A stretch of 64,000 nt of DNA from Octopus vulgaris (Eukaryota): positions 80,910,001 through 80,974,000 of the forward strand of contig OX597825.1 of NCBI GenBank assembly GCA_951406725.2. The letters are read 5' to 3'. Shown in pieces: positions 44,905-57,320 of the stretch. Position 1 is the first letter of the stretch, and each line of letters starts with the position of its first letter. The notes under the pieces are model-generated. The model did no database searches and had not been told where the DNA came from. It saw only the letters and a program-made list of their open reading frames with translations. The position numbers and the translations under genes are program-made.

Positions 44905-45610
44905 AGAGATTTCATTACCTTCGTGCTCTCAGATCAGCGGATCCGTTTCAAGAAGAAAAACAACAAATTTCCTGTGAGCGATGAAAAGCGGAACGGCTAT
45001 TAGGAGGTGACTACAGATTTACCAGGGTGCCAGGGACTGTTTCCCATCCCAGTTACGAAACAACCGGACATTTTAATGTGGTGTGAAGGAAAGAAAGTTG
45101 TGAATCTGGTCGAGTTAACAGCTCCTCATGAAGATAACATGGACGCCGATCGGGCTCAAAAGACTGACCGTTATGTAAATCTCCTCGAGGAATGTGAAGA
45201 TGCAGGCTGGAAAGCGGAGCATTTTCCAATCGAAGTCGGATGTAGAGGGTTTGTTGGACACAGTGTGAGACGACTGTTGTTATCGTTTGGCCTAACACAT
45301 CGTAAAGTCACTACAACCATGACCGATATCCAAACTACAGTGCAGAAGGCTAGCCACTGGATTTGGTAGAAAAGAGACGATGAATGATGGCTAGAAGAAT
45401 ATTGAGCTATTTTTAGTGACCAGTTGATCTAGCAAGCGGGGCCTCATATCAGTGAGAGGGGTGCAGTGTGCCCTGATGCCATCGAGAGGTAAGCCCCGAA
45501 ACGGCGCGCATTCTCTCCTGATGACCCCATTCATTCGCTGGCTTCCGGGGTGCGGAGTTCTCGACTGGTAGCACTTGCATGTGCAAGTTATTTGCAAAAC
45601 ATCTAATCAA
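44905..45610 (+). mobile_element. 3' fragment of a HERO-like RLE non-LTR retrotransposon
   Basis: ORF 45007-45369: QPDILMW...LVELTAPHED...KTDRY...GWKAEHFPIEVGCRGFVG...ASHWIW, the HERO-type endonuclease C-terminus, then a GC-richer 3' UTR. Confidence 0.8.
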
Positions 45611-46207
45611 ATGGACGAATCTCATTTGGAGAAGAGCCACCATTTCAGCAGTTATGTATTATTGTACTTAAATACGAATAAGTAAGAGGTGCCTCTCAGT
45701 GATAAAGACCCAATAAATAACTGGTATTTTATTTTATCTACCCCAGGGAAAATGAACATCAGTATCAACCAATGTAGGATTTGAACTCAGAAAGTAGAGA
45801 TTTACAACAGCGAGCTTGATATGTTAAAACATATATTTGCTTTATCTGCAATGTGTTGGTTGGAATTCTTTGTAGACCAGGATTTTAAAGATAAACAAAC
45901 ACAGCAAGCGAGTGTCACTGTATTTTAGTTTATTATTAACTACGCTCGCTTGGCCAGGTAACCAAGACGACGGATTGCAGGATTCCCAAAGCAACGGTGC
46001 GTGGCGACTTTGCTTTTTGGTGTATGTGTAAAAATGTAAACCTGCATGTATGTATGTATTTATGTATGTGTGTATTTATGCATGTACGTATGTATATATG
46101 TGTGTGCGTGTGTGTATGTATGTATCTATGTATGTGTGAGTGTGAGTGTGTATACATGCGTATAGATGTGCGAATATATGTATGCTTATGTGTCTGTGTA
46201 TGTATGC

Positions 46208-46238
<31 letters not shown>

Positions 46239-46255
46239 CATACATATATATATAT

Positions 46256-46313
<58 letters not shown>

Positions 46314-46330
46314 ATATCTATATATCTATA

Positions 46331-46368
<38 letters not shown>

Positions 46369-46401
46369 GACAGAATTTGGCCTCTGCAAGCCAGCCATTA
46401 C

Positions 46402-46453
<52 letters not shown>

Positions 46454-46883
46454 CACATCTATTAATCTATTCACGCTTATTTGTCTGTTTCATTATCACG
46501 GGTTAAAATTCTGTCTCAGCAGATGGTCTTCTCAAAACCGATAATCCAAATCTGTTTCTTTTATTTTTTTAGAGGGGGGGTATACGAAGAAAGGAGAGGG
46601 AAGAAAAGGAAGAGAGGAAGAAAAGGAAGAGAGGAAGAAAAGAAGGGAGAGACAAGAAAAGTGAAATATAGTAAAGATATGTGAAGAAGAGGAGAGAAGG
46701 GGAAAAGAGGAAGGTATGCTGTCCAGATCTACATTGAAACATTCAAGTTGATTTTGTATTGTGTTGTGTTGGCGAAGTGGATAGAATCCGGATTATGACG
46801 GATACTGGAATATTGGTCTTCATTAAGGTTAAGCGTGAGAGCTTATTCGAACTCCGAGGTGCATATATTCTTGTATTTGTTTA

Positions 46884-47258
46884 AGTTATTTGACTGCGGC
46901 CATGCAAGAGCACCACCTTTAGTCGAACCAATCGGCTCTAGGGTTTATTCTATGTAAGCCTAGCACTTATTCTATCGGCCGAACCACTAATGTTACGGGA
47001 CATAAAACACACCAGAATCAGTTGTCAAGCGAAGGGGAGGAGGTGGAAAACACAGACACAAACACACACATGCATGCATGTATATATATATATATATATA
47101 CGACGGGATTCTTTCAGTTTCCGTCTACCAAATCCACTCACAAGGCTTTGGTTGGCCCGAGAATATAGTAGAAGACACTTGCCCAAGGTGCCACAAAGCG
47201 GGACTAAACCAGGAACCATGTGGTTGGTAAGCAAGCTAGTTACCACACAGCCACTCCT

Positions 47259-47262
<4 letters not shown>
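46884..47262 (-). mobile_element. SINE family A, diverged
   Basis: Reverse complement match. Confidence 0.85.
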
Positions 47263-47304
<42 letters not shown>

Positions 47305-47330
47305 TATTGGTGTCAAGAAGACCCAAAGGT

Positions 47331-47379
47331 GTCAGCTAATGAAGGGATATATGAAATATCCTGGAAACAGCTGTAAGAC
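47331..47379 (+). ncRNA. Degenerate hammerhead motif, same family as 21383
   Basis: CUAAUGA-a-gggauau/auauccu-g-GAAA-CAGCUG-UA-AGAC. Confidence 0.55.
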
Positions 47380-47388
47380 CTATTTATA

Positions 47389-47423
<35 letters not shown>

Positions 47424-47466
47424 TAACAATAACAACAACAATAATAATAACAGCAATAACAACAAC

Positions 47467-47525
<59 letters not shown>

Positions 47526-47553
47526 TAATAATAATAATATTTTTTTTTTTTTT

Positions 47554-48345
47554 TTTTTCTTCTCTCTAAAAACATCACGCTTTTCTTTTTTTCTTTTTGT
47601 AGACTTGCAAAACCCTAAAACTTTCTATGAATATCTGACTTTTCTTTGCTTCCTCCCAGAATATTCAAATATAAATGTAAACATATACTTTTTATTGCAA
47701 AAACACACCTGTTCTTCTAACTGGACATACAAACATCTCTAGAGGGGTCAACTTCAACCTCCAAAATATTACCTTGCACGAAATATACAAACACTTTTTA
47801 TTGCAATAACACAAACGCACATGGAAAAAATAATGATGCTAAGATTCTCTCTGGTCGAACACAGCTTCTCTATTCACAAATAATACAGAACAGCCCTTCA
47901 AAATAAGTTAAGAAAATTTACAAATTTACATATCTACAGTTTTCAATCATACATTCGACCAGCTTTAAAAACTTTGATACCCACAATTGCCTCTGTAAAC
48001 ATCCTTTTTTTTTCTTCTCTCTAAAAACATCACGCTTTTCTTTTTGTGGACTTTCAAAACCGTAAAACTTTCTATGAAAATCTGACTTTTCTTTGGTTCC
48101 TCCCTGAATATTCAAATTTAAATGTAAACATATACTTTTTATTGCAAAAACACACCTGTTCTTCTAACTGGACATACAAACATCTCTAGAAAAGTCAACT
48201 TCAACCTCCACAATATTACCTTACACGAAATATACAAACACTTTTTATTGCAATAACACAAACGCACATGGAAAAAAAATGATGATGCTAAGATTCTCTC
48301 TGGTCGAACACAACTTCTCTATTCACAAACAATACAGAACAGCCC
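47554..48345 (+). repeat. Direct duplication of ~340 bp (47554-47896 and 48009-48345)
   Basis: Both copies run ttcttctctctaaaaacatcacgc...aatacagaacagccc with high identity, offset about 450-455 bp. Confidence 0.9.
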
Positions 48346-48893
48346 ATCCTTAATTTTTCTTAAGGCTAATAGTAGTAAACATCTGAACTTTTTTTGACCC
48401 CACCCAAAAAAAAAAAAAAAAAAAAGATAGTAATAGTGCTGATATTCTATCTATCTATCTATCTACACACACACACACAAACCTCACCTCGGCTCTATTG
48501 TTAACCAAATATGAAAGTATTATTTGACAGGCAAGAACTCTGGCATTGAAGACAGTCAGCCAGCCAACCACCAAGCCAGCCAACGAGACAGACAGACACT
48601 ACTGTGATGGTGATAATGATAAAAAAACAAAAATAACAATAATAAGATACTGCTGTGACTACACATAAAACAATATCATTGATGATGATGGTGGTGATGG
48701 TGATGGTGATGATGATAATGATGATGGTAATGGTGGTGATAATGATGATAGTGATGGTAATGGTGAAGATAATAACAATAATAAGCCGACTACGGCTGCT
48801 ATAATGGTACGATTATAATTGTAACGGCAATGATGGCCGTCTCCCCACGAGCCAATCAAAGCTAAAAAATGATAACATTATCGTAGCACCAAA

Positions 48894-49157
48894 ATGTTTT
48901 TGGAAACTAAAAGGAAAACTAAATCAGTATACCAAATCGCTTGTCCTATGGTTAATCTGGAAGCGCGTCCCCCAGGGAAGAGCCAGCCTGGGATCGAAAA
49001 GTCATCAACTGGCACAAACTCTTCTCCGAATACGGACATGGATGGTCACTTGAACGGGAAATCTCCCAACTCGAGCCCTCCAAGTTCACCACCACAACCA
49101 CCACAGAAAGAAAATGTAAGCGGAACAAATGGACCCGAGAAGAGTATAAAGAAGTAA
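48894..49157 (+). CDS. Short ATG-initiated Pro/Ser-rich ORF overlapping the RT frame; probable N-terminus separated by a frameshift
   Basis: 87-aa ORF overlapping the open RT frame (48956 onward) by about 200 nt; the RT frame has no ATG until ~49565. Confidence 0.45.
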   Translation: MFLETKRKTKSVYQIACPMVNLEARPPGKSQPGIEKSSTGTNSSPNTDMDGHLNGKSPNSSPPSSPPQPPQKENVSGTNGPEKSIKK

Positions 49158-49258
49158 TATACGCTTATTACTATGCATTAGGTAGGCCATCTCAAGAGAG
49201 ACACACCGCAAACTCTTACAGTATATGGAGAACACGGAATCAAGACAGTAGGCCCTAT

Positions 49259-52200
49259 TTGGACGAGAACAAATTAGCAAATGTGAGGAGGGATATCTTT
49301 AGAAATAACAGACTCACAGACAGTGAAATAAGTGCGATCAAGCACGCAACGGAAAATGACATAAATATAAGACACAAAGGAAATGAAGAATCAGATGAAC
49401 AGTATAGCCCGCCACGAGGCTTAATTGAAAGACTGCCATCTGACCAAAGTACGCAAAGGCCTGAAGATACAAGAAATTCTATTGTACCTGTTAAAGATAG
49501 CCAGGAAAACGAAAAAACAACAGTAACTGAAGATCTCGCATTTGCTGAAGAACACAGAGAGTCTATGGCAGAAATGAGGCAGAAAATCCTGAATACGCTT
49601 GAAGTTGTAAGACATACAAGTATGAATGATAGAGAACCGCTTCATAAACTCTCAAATACAAACCAAAATAAAAAACAAATCCAAATTGGCAACTATGTAA
49701 CAAATGAAATAATACGAGAATTAAAACCTGATTTTACTGAGTTAAATGAAATTATTTACGCTTCTGCTAGGGCAATTGAAACCAGCTGTATGCCCCCGAA
49801 AAAACAAAGAAAACAAAACCTGGGAAGAAATCAAACCTGGAGAAGTAAAATTGAAAAAGAGATTGAATTTATGAGAGGGGAAATATCAATATTAAATGAA
49901 CTAATATGTGGAAATGATGTAAGATCCAGAACAGGAAGAAAGATGAAGAGAAAATTTGGATCCTCACCAAGAGAAGAACTGATATCAATAAAAGAAACGC
50001 TGAAACAAAAAGTCCAAGCAAAAGCCCAAAGAATACGAAGATTTGAGAAGAGAAACAAGTTTTACAAGCAAAATAAGCTGTTCACATCCAATGCCAAAAA
50101 ATTCTACAGAGAAATAGGGAAGGAGAAAGTAACCGTTAAAGACCCTCCTCCCATGGAAGAAGTTCAAAACTTTTGGGAAAGGATTTGGAGTGACAAGAAG
50201 ACGTACAACATAAATGCAGACTGGATTATACAAACTGAAGGATCCTACCAAAATTTACAACAACAAGCATGGGAAGACATCACAATAGCAGACCTAAGAA
50301 AGGCACTCACGAAGGCCCATAATTGGAAATCCCCCGGTAAAGATAGGGTGCCGAATTTCTGGCTCGCATCGCTCCCGTGCGCACACGGTAAGCTAGTTCA
50401 GCTGCTTAATGGAATTTTGAGAGACCCAAAGAAAACACCTGAATGGTTAGCAAGTGGCATTACTTACCTACTCCCAAAGAATAACGAAACCAACCTTCCA
50501 AAAAACTATCGGCCTATAACCTGTCTATCCACCACGTATAAAATCCTAACATCTATCCTGGCGGAGAAAACATATGCATTCATGGAGAAGAACGATATTT
50601 TCCCCATTGAACAAAAAGGGTGCCGCCGAGGCTCTTACGGATGCAAAGATCAACTGCTAATCAATCGTATGATCCTTGAGAACTGTCACAACAAGCGCAG
50701 AAATCTCAGCACCGCATGGATTGACTATAAAAAGGCCTTCGACAGTATACCGCATCCATGGATCTTGAGATCGCTGGACATCTTTAAAATTTCCCCTGTG
50801 ATTTCAAACTTCCTGAAGCACAATATGTCGTTGTGGAATACGAATCTCCAATTATACCACTCTAATGGAGTACTTGCCTCAGAAAATATAAACATCAACT
50901 GTGGAATTTTTCAAGGTGACTCACTTTCACCTTTAATATTCTGCATAGCCCTAATACCCCTTACAAGTGAATTAAACAGAACAGGGTATGGGTATAAAAT
51001 TGCCAATAAAAAAATAAGCCATCTATTTTATATGGATGACTTAAAACTTTATGGTAAAGACAATAATGAACTTGAAGGCCTATTGCGCACAGTGAAAGCA
51101 TTCAGCGATGACATCGGGATGGAGTTTGGACTTGAGAAGTGTGCCAAGGCCACTTTCCAGAAAGGGAAAGTGAAGACCACAAATTCAGTCGTGTTAGATG
51201 TTGACACAGTCATAAGAGAGCTTGAGCAAGAACAGACATACAAATATTTAGGGATAAATGAAGGCTCTGGTATTCAGCATGCAAGCATGAAAGAGAAAAT
51301 CAGGAAGGAATGTTATAGGAGAGTTCGTGCAGTCCTGAAATCTGAACTAAATGCACGTAACAAGGTATTAGCTATAAATTCCTTAGCAGTTCCAGTTGTT
51401 ACTTATAGCTACAATGTGTTGAACTGGAATATGAGTGAAGTAAAGAATATAGATAGAAAAATACGCAAGCTGCTGAGTTGTAATAGGATGCACCACCCAA
51501 AGGCAGACGTAGATCGCCTTTACCTTCCCAGAGCCCAAGGAGGTCGAGGCCTGATCCAATTTGAAATAGCTTACAAAACAACCACAATTGGACTGGCCAA
51601 ATATCTCGAAATATCGAATGACTGGATGCTAAAGCTCGTGGAAAATCACGAGAGACGAAAGAAGCTTCATTCTATCATCAAGGAAAGCAAAAAATTTGCT
51701 ATTGATCTCGTGCAGGATACCCAAACTGAACAACCCGAGGGAAGTACGGCAACTATTGTTGCAAAGAAGGTGAAAATGATGGCAATGAAAAAAGCACACG
51801 AGCAATTGGCTGATAGGTGGGAGGAGAAACCTCTGCACGGCAAATATGTGACCCGCAGCAAACAAGCTGATGTTGACCAGAAGCAAACCCATCAGTGGCT
51901 GCGGAGCTCAGGGCTAAAAGCAGAGAGCGAAGGTTTCATCCTGGCTGCTCAAGACCAAAGCCTATTAACCCGGAACTACCAGGCCAATGTGATGAAAAAT
52001 GGAGCAGACCCAAAATGCCGATTCTGCAACGACATGATTGAAACAGTGGACCACCTAATCTCTGGATGTAAAGTCTTAGCACCAGTGGAGTATAAATTAA
52101 GACATGACAGAGTTGGCCAATATCTCCACTGGCTAATAAGTCGGCATTACAATATCAAAACTGCCGACAAGTGGTATAATCACCACCCTGAGGCTGTAAC

Positions 52201-52582
52201 TGAAGGAGAAAATGTAACCATTCTGTGGGACTTTCCAGTACATACAGACCGAACCATCAAGGCCAATAAACCAGATATTGTTGTGAAAGACCAAAACAAT
52301 AAAGTTTGCTTATTGATCGACATGAGCATCCCCTGTGATCATAATATCTCAGCGAAAGAGTTTGACAAGCTCAGAAAATATAAAGACCTACTCATTGAAA
52401 TTGAGAAAATGTGGCATCTCAAGGCGGTTACAATACCAGTGATCGTAGGAGCACTAGGAATGATCAAGAAGGGAACCGAAAATTATATGAGAATGATCCC
52501 TGGCTTACCATCCCTGCAAGAAGTGCAAAAGATTGTCTTAACTGGTATATCACACGTATTGAGAAGAGCATTGTCGATGTGA
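49259..52582 (+). CDS. Reverse transcriptase / CCHC zinc knuckle / restriction-like (PD-(D/E)xK) endonuclease polyprotein; frame is open from 48956
   Basis: 1107-aa uninterrupted ORF with RT motifs KSPGKD, NYRPITCL, WIDYKKAFDS, QGDSLSP, HLFYMDDLKL and YKYLG; CRFC...HLISGC knuckle; RHD; KPDIVV...LIDMS...KY endonuclease. Upstream in frame is RNKWTREEYKEVIYAYY at 49121. Confidence 0.95.
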   Translation: MDENKLANVRRDIFRNNRLTDSEISAIKHATENDINIRHKGNEESDEQYSPPRGLIERLPSDQSTQRPEDTRNSIVPVKDSQENEKTTVTEDLAFAEEHRESMAEMRQKILNTLEVVRHTSMNDREPLHKLSNTNQNKKQIQIGNYVTNEIIRELKPDFTELNEIIYASARAIETSCMPPKKQRKQNLGRNQTWRSKIEKEIEFMRGEISILNELICGNDVRSRTGRKMKRKFGSSPREELISIKETLKQKVQAKAQRIRRFEKRNKFYKQNKLFTSNAKKFYREIGKEKVTVKDPPPMEEVQNFWERIWSDKKTYNINADWIIQTEGSYQNLQQQAWEDITIADLRKALTKAHNWKSPGKDRVPNFWLASLPCAHGKLVQLLNGILRDPKKTPEWLASGITYLLPKNNETNLPKNYRPITCLSTTYKILTSILAEKTYAFMEKNDIFPIEQKGCRRGSYGCKDQLLINRMILENCHNKRRNLSTAWIDYKKAFDSIPHPWILRSLDIFKISPVISNFLKHNMSLWNTNLQLYHSNGVLASENININCGIFQGDSLSPLIFCIALIPLTSELNRTGYGYKIANKKISHLFYMDDLKLYGKDNNELEGLLRTVKAFSDDIGMEFGLEKCAKATFQKGKVKTTNSVVLDVDTVIRELEQEQTYKYLGINEGSGIQHASMKEKIRKECYRRVRAVLKSELNARNKVLAINSLAVPVVTYSYNVLNWNMSEVKNIDRKIRKLLSCNRMHHPKADVDRLYLPRAQGGRGLIQFEIAYKTTTIGLAKYLEISNDWMLKLVENHERRKKLHSIIKESKKFAIDLVQDTQTEQPEGSTATIVAKKVKMMAMKKAHEQLADRWEEKPLHGKYVTRSKQADVDQKQTHQWLRSSGLKAESEGFILAAQDQSLLTRNYQANVMKNGADPKCRFCNDMIETVDHLISGCKVLAPVEYKLRHDRVGQYLHWLISRHYNIKTADKWYNHHPEAVTEGENVTILWDFPVHTDRTIKANKPDIVVKDQNNKVCLLIDMSIPCDHNISAKEFDKLRKYKDLLIEIEKMWHLKAVTIPVIVGALGMIKKGTENYMRMIPGLPSLQEVQKIVLTGISHVLRRALSM

Positions 52583-52761
52583 GAACTGTTGCTGCTCATG
52601 TATTTTAATTTAACTTTAAAAAAAAAAAAAAAAAAAAATGAACGAACTACTGAGTTTGGTTTAATGGCCTACCAATATACACTATGAGTTTCTTTGCCCT
52701 AGGAGTCGGGAAGACACTCGGCAAGAAATGGAAGAAAATTTGAAAGAAGAAAAAAAAAGAA

Positions 52762-52808
<47 letters not shown>

Positions 52809-53222
52809 CCCTTGTACTAGAGGCACAAGGTCTGAAATTTTGAAAACGATGGTTGCCAAAATTTCCAGGTGTGACCTTATGACCCAGGAAATCTATGAGG
52901 CTGTCTAAGAATTATGGGATATATCTGTTAATCGTTTTTACAGAACTATTTCCAAGGAAACGAAACTGATTCAATATTTTATGTTATAAATTTAGAAATG
53001 TATCGACATCACTGAGATATTGTATTTCGATGAATCTGTACCAATTTCAGTTTTAAATGTCATCCATGTTGATAATTTTTGTGATTCTATATTCCACGGT
53101 TGGTAAATTTCAGCCAATCAATGACTGTATATGTTCATCTTGCAAAGTTGAACGGCTTGCGTTCAACTGAAAGATATTAATAATCAATATATATATATAT
53201 ATATATATGAGTATTTGTGTGC

Positions 53223-53283
<61 letters not shown>

Positions 53284-53427
53284 CACAAGGGTAGTACATG
53301 AGCACCTACATCGCTAAAAATAGAAGTCAAAAATATATCTGTACCACCGAATAGTCACAAATCTAATAGACATAATAGGAAAAATATCAGTATATATATA
53401 TGTGTATGCATGCGTACATACATAAAT

Positions 53428-53491
<64 letters not shown>

Positions 53492-53550
53492 GCATGCTTG
53501 CATACATGCATACATACGTACGTATGTATGTATGTATGTATGTATGCATG

Positions 53551-53581
<31 letters not shown>

Positions 53582-54721
53582 GTATGTATGTATGTATGTA
53601 TGTATGTATGTATGTATGTATGTATGTGTGTATGTATGTATGTATGTATGTATGACACTGACACAACAGAAACGATCCTCGGGGTTGTATGATGCCATCA
53701 CCAATTAAAGATTTGATTTTCTTCATTCTTATTCTCGTTGTCTTATACTCCAAATTTCGAGGAATTCTTCTAAACAATATTTAGGTTTACTTGTCATACC
53801 CGAGGAATTACCTTGGATGTTTATTTCACTTGCATAGGTGTCAATTCATTACAGCTGTTTCCAACGAATATTTTGATTGATTAATGGGTACATCATACCA
53901 TTAACAAAAACCGCTTATTTCAGATGACTGCATGAACCACATTATTGGAAACATTTAAAAACATTTAAAATCCACGGTATGTGCATAGTTTTCCACGATC
54001 TTCGCATATCTACACAGTTGGGTTTACTTAATTGCATACCTAACCTGAATATATTTCTGCCTGAACTTCGACACCAATGTTTGTATTCGTCTATATTTTT
54101 TCGAACGTTGAATTGCCGATAGAACAGTAGAAATACTGCGTAAATTTACCCTCACCAGGCAGAAACATTTGTCAACAACAGCCATTGGATGCGAACCAAC
54201 ATCTTCTCCTTGTTCGTGTCGTACAATACACAGTTCGACGCTTCTCATTAAAACAAAAGTTAGTTTGCTTATATTTATTCACACGTGTTTTTCAATAAGC
54301 TATTTGGCGCCTGATTCGGGAGATGAATTTGTCAGCGGGTAGTTTAACTTAATAGAAAACCACTCAACAAGAGTCATGGGGGATGTGGGTTCGAGCCCCA
54401 TGGCTGTTTGTTGACAAACCTTTCCACCTGGTAACAGTAGTTTACCCAATATTTCTGCTGTTCTGACGGCAAATCTGCGTTCGAAAAAATATTTTCTTGC
54501 TTGTATCGTGCAATGCACATTTCCATGCTTCTAAAAAAAATCTGAGGTAAGCTTGCTTATATTTATACAAATTATTTTGTATTTAGAAGTACACGTAAGA
54601 AATCAAAGCAAATGAATAACTTATGTACAAGATGTAAAAACGACACTAGCTTTTTATTAGAAAAGACTTAGGGGTTAAAATACATTGTCAATTTTGCTTA
54701 AATTGTTACCATGTAATTCTT

Positions 54722-54760
<39 letters not shown>

Positions 54761-55326
54761 CACTAAATTTTGTAATATTAAATTTTATATTTCAAACTTA
54801 CAGGCAATTAGTCTTTTCACGGAAAGTGAAAAACAATATATAAAAGGGTATTTATTATTATTTTAGTTTTTAAATTCTAACCTCGGCAGTGATATCTTCA
54901 GTTTTTTCTTTTGTCCTGCACCTTTCCAGGTTCAATATTTAAGAATATTCTAGCCTTCTGTGCCCACATTTTTTATTCTATTACTACTTGCCTAGAACTT
55001 TTCCAGGTTCAATATTCTAGCACTCTGCACTCGCATTTTTCATTCTGGTTCACGTTTTTGACGCAACGCTTCTATTATCATAATTAATTATATTTACCTT
55101 TATAATAAAAAAGAAAAACAATACTATTATAAATATTTTAAAAATAAATTAAGATTTTGTTCAAGTAGAGAAATTTTGTTGCACCTAAGAATACCAAAGG
55201 ATTGATAGCAGTCCATGACGTCAATTTTAAAATTATGGAGAAAAACCTTAGAATTATCAATAACTATATTAATGTAAATAATTTAAAATATTATAAATCA
55301 TAATTAAAAGATAATTAACTTTTTAT

Positions 55327-55712
55327 AGACGCAGGAGTGGCTGTGTGGTAAATAGCTTGTTTACCAACCTCATGGTTCCGGATTGAATCCCACTGCGTGG
55401 CACTTTAGGCAAGTGTCTTCTACTACAGCATCGGGCCAACCAAAGCCTTGTGAGGGGATTTAGTAGACGGAAACTGAAAGAAGCCCGTCGTATATGTGTG
55501 TGTATGTGTGTGTGTGTGTTTGTCCCCCCAACATCGCTTGACAATCGATGCTGGTGTGTTTACGTCCCCGTAACTTAGCAGTTCGGCAAAAAGAGACCGA
55601 TAGGATAAGTACTAGGCTTACAAAGAATAAGTCATGGGGTCGATTTGCTCGATTAGAGGCGGTGCTCCAACATGGCCGCAGTCAAATGACTGAAACAAAT
55701 AAAAGAATAAAT
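55327..55712 (+). mobile_element. SINE family A, full length
   Basis: Matches 30170-30643 with a short internal microsatellite. Confidence 0.9.
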
Positions 55713-55741
55713 AAAAAATATCAATTTTTTTTTAATGAATA

Positions 55742-56134
55742 TATTTCTTTACTGCCTACAAGGGGCTAAACATAGATGGGACAAACAAAGGGATTAAGTC
55801 GATTACATCGACCCCAGTACGAAACTGGTACTTTATTTATCGACCCCGAAAGGATAAAAGGCAAAGTTGACCTCGGCGGAATTTGAATTCAGAACGTAAC
55901 GGCTGACGAAATACCTATTTCTTTACTACCCACAAGGGGCTAAACACAGAAGGGACAAGGGTATTAAGTCGATTACATCGACCCCAGTGCGTAACTGGTA
56001 CTTAATTTATCGACCCCGAAAGGATGAAAGGCAAAGTCGGCCTCGGCGGAATTTGAACTCAGAACGTAACGACAGACGAAATACAGCTACGCATTTCGCC
56101 CGGCGTGCTAACGTTTCTGCCAGCTCGCCGCCTT
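55742..56134 (-). mobile_element. SINE family B, head plus two bodies
   Basis: Duplicated body; flanking tttttttaatgaata duplication. Confidence 0.9.
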
Positions 56135-57105
56135 TAATTTTTTTAATGAATAGTAATAATGATAGAGAGAAGAGCAATGCAACAATCAAGGGAGAGAACA
56201 AGCGAAGAACAACGGTTTAGATCTAGATTTACACAAGGAAGCGACACACTTATGGGGTTTTGTATTTGCTGAGAGATCAATCAAGCGAGCTAATATAATA
56301 AATAAACAATTTTATTTTAAGTAATGAAATACAAGAGAAAATTATAATTAGAAATAATTAAGTGGAATTTAAGAAATATTCCAATTCAAAAAATATCAAT
56401 GAGATTAATTAAATAAATTTTTAAACAATTTTCCTTATACAATAATGCTATATTCTAATTAAATAATTAATAATTAATTTTTTTTTAATGAGTAAAATAT
56501 TTCATTTCAATATGTACATATTTTAATTTATAAACATGATAATAAAAATTAATATGAAATCCAAAAAAATTATTTATTTTTGACGCTTAATATTTTTAGA
56601 CAGGTATTCTCAGCATATATTCGTCTCGATGGATTCTTTCAACTGAGTGTAAATAATATTATTTACCCCTTAAATTGGCAAACATATTTGGTTTGTTAAA
56701 ATTATCGCCATATTTTTCGCCACGTAAAATCACACCACTTTTTTTGTGGCAAATATTTTTAGACGAGGTTTTCACTAAACGATTGTTTTCAATGAGCACA
56801 TTTTTCAAACCCAATTAATTTATACTCTTAAAATAACTGAAATATTTTGATTGAAAGTCAGTTTTTTGTCATACTCTTCTACTTTTGACCTCACATATTT
56901 TAATCTGTTTTTCTAATGAACCATATTTCAAATATTTTATCTCAAAATATAGCTTAGGACTGGACAATCATTGCTAAACAAATCGCATTCAATATGGTTG
57001 AAAACTGAATTAGTGATGGAGACAAGAAATGATTGCGAGTGACTGTGTACCGTTGGCGATTTATTTTCCTCTGTCTTCCCTTCTCTGGATCTTTCCTTCT
57101 CCTAT

Positions 57106-57140
57106 GTTTCCGACGAAGAGCTCCGATCGAAACGTTAAAC
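57106..57140 (+). ncRNA. Degenerate minimal hammerhead motif within a ~190-bp module (57045-57232)
   Basis: GUUU-CCGACGA-A-GAGC-ucc-GAUC-GAAA-CG-UU-AAAC. Confidence 0.6.
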
Positions 57141-57227
57141 CCTCCTTCTTTCCTGCGCGTCCATTAATTACTATATTTGTTCCACGTCCTCGCGTTGTTG
57201 TGTTTTTTTGTGCTTTCATGTTTGGAT

Positions 57228-57287
<60 letters not shown>

Positions 57288-57320
57288 TGTATATAGATAT
57301 ATAATATATGTATTTAATTA

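Larger units (their letters stand above)
47540..52762 (+). mobile_element. Probably full-length R4/Dong-like RLE non-LTR retrotransposon inserted in a (TAA)n array
   Basis: Long RT+RLE ORF; (TAA)n arrays on both sides (47388-47538 and 52763-52808); short 3' UTR with stem-loop tttctttgcc...ggcaagaaa near 52689-52728. The 5' boundary is inferred from the end of the upstream TAA array and is less certain. Confidence 0.85.

Noticed and set aside
45470-45530. CTGATG...GAAA...CTGATGA in the HERO 3' UTR as a hammerhead
   Set aside because: No helix II pairing in either permutation.
48785-48890. Possible HDV-like ribozyme upstream of the LINE ORF (cgt-ctcccc-acg)
   Set aside because: P1 has only about 4 bp, and no P1.1 GG or P2 could be built by eye.
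53660-54530. Very old LINE-like coding remnants (also 4260-4850 and 10620-11400 as possible transposase debris)
   Set aside because: Only faint motif resemblance; cannot be assigned without a translated search.
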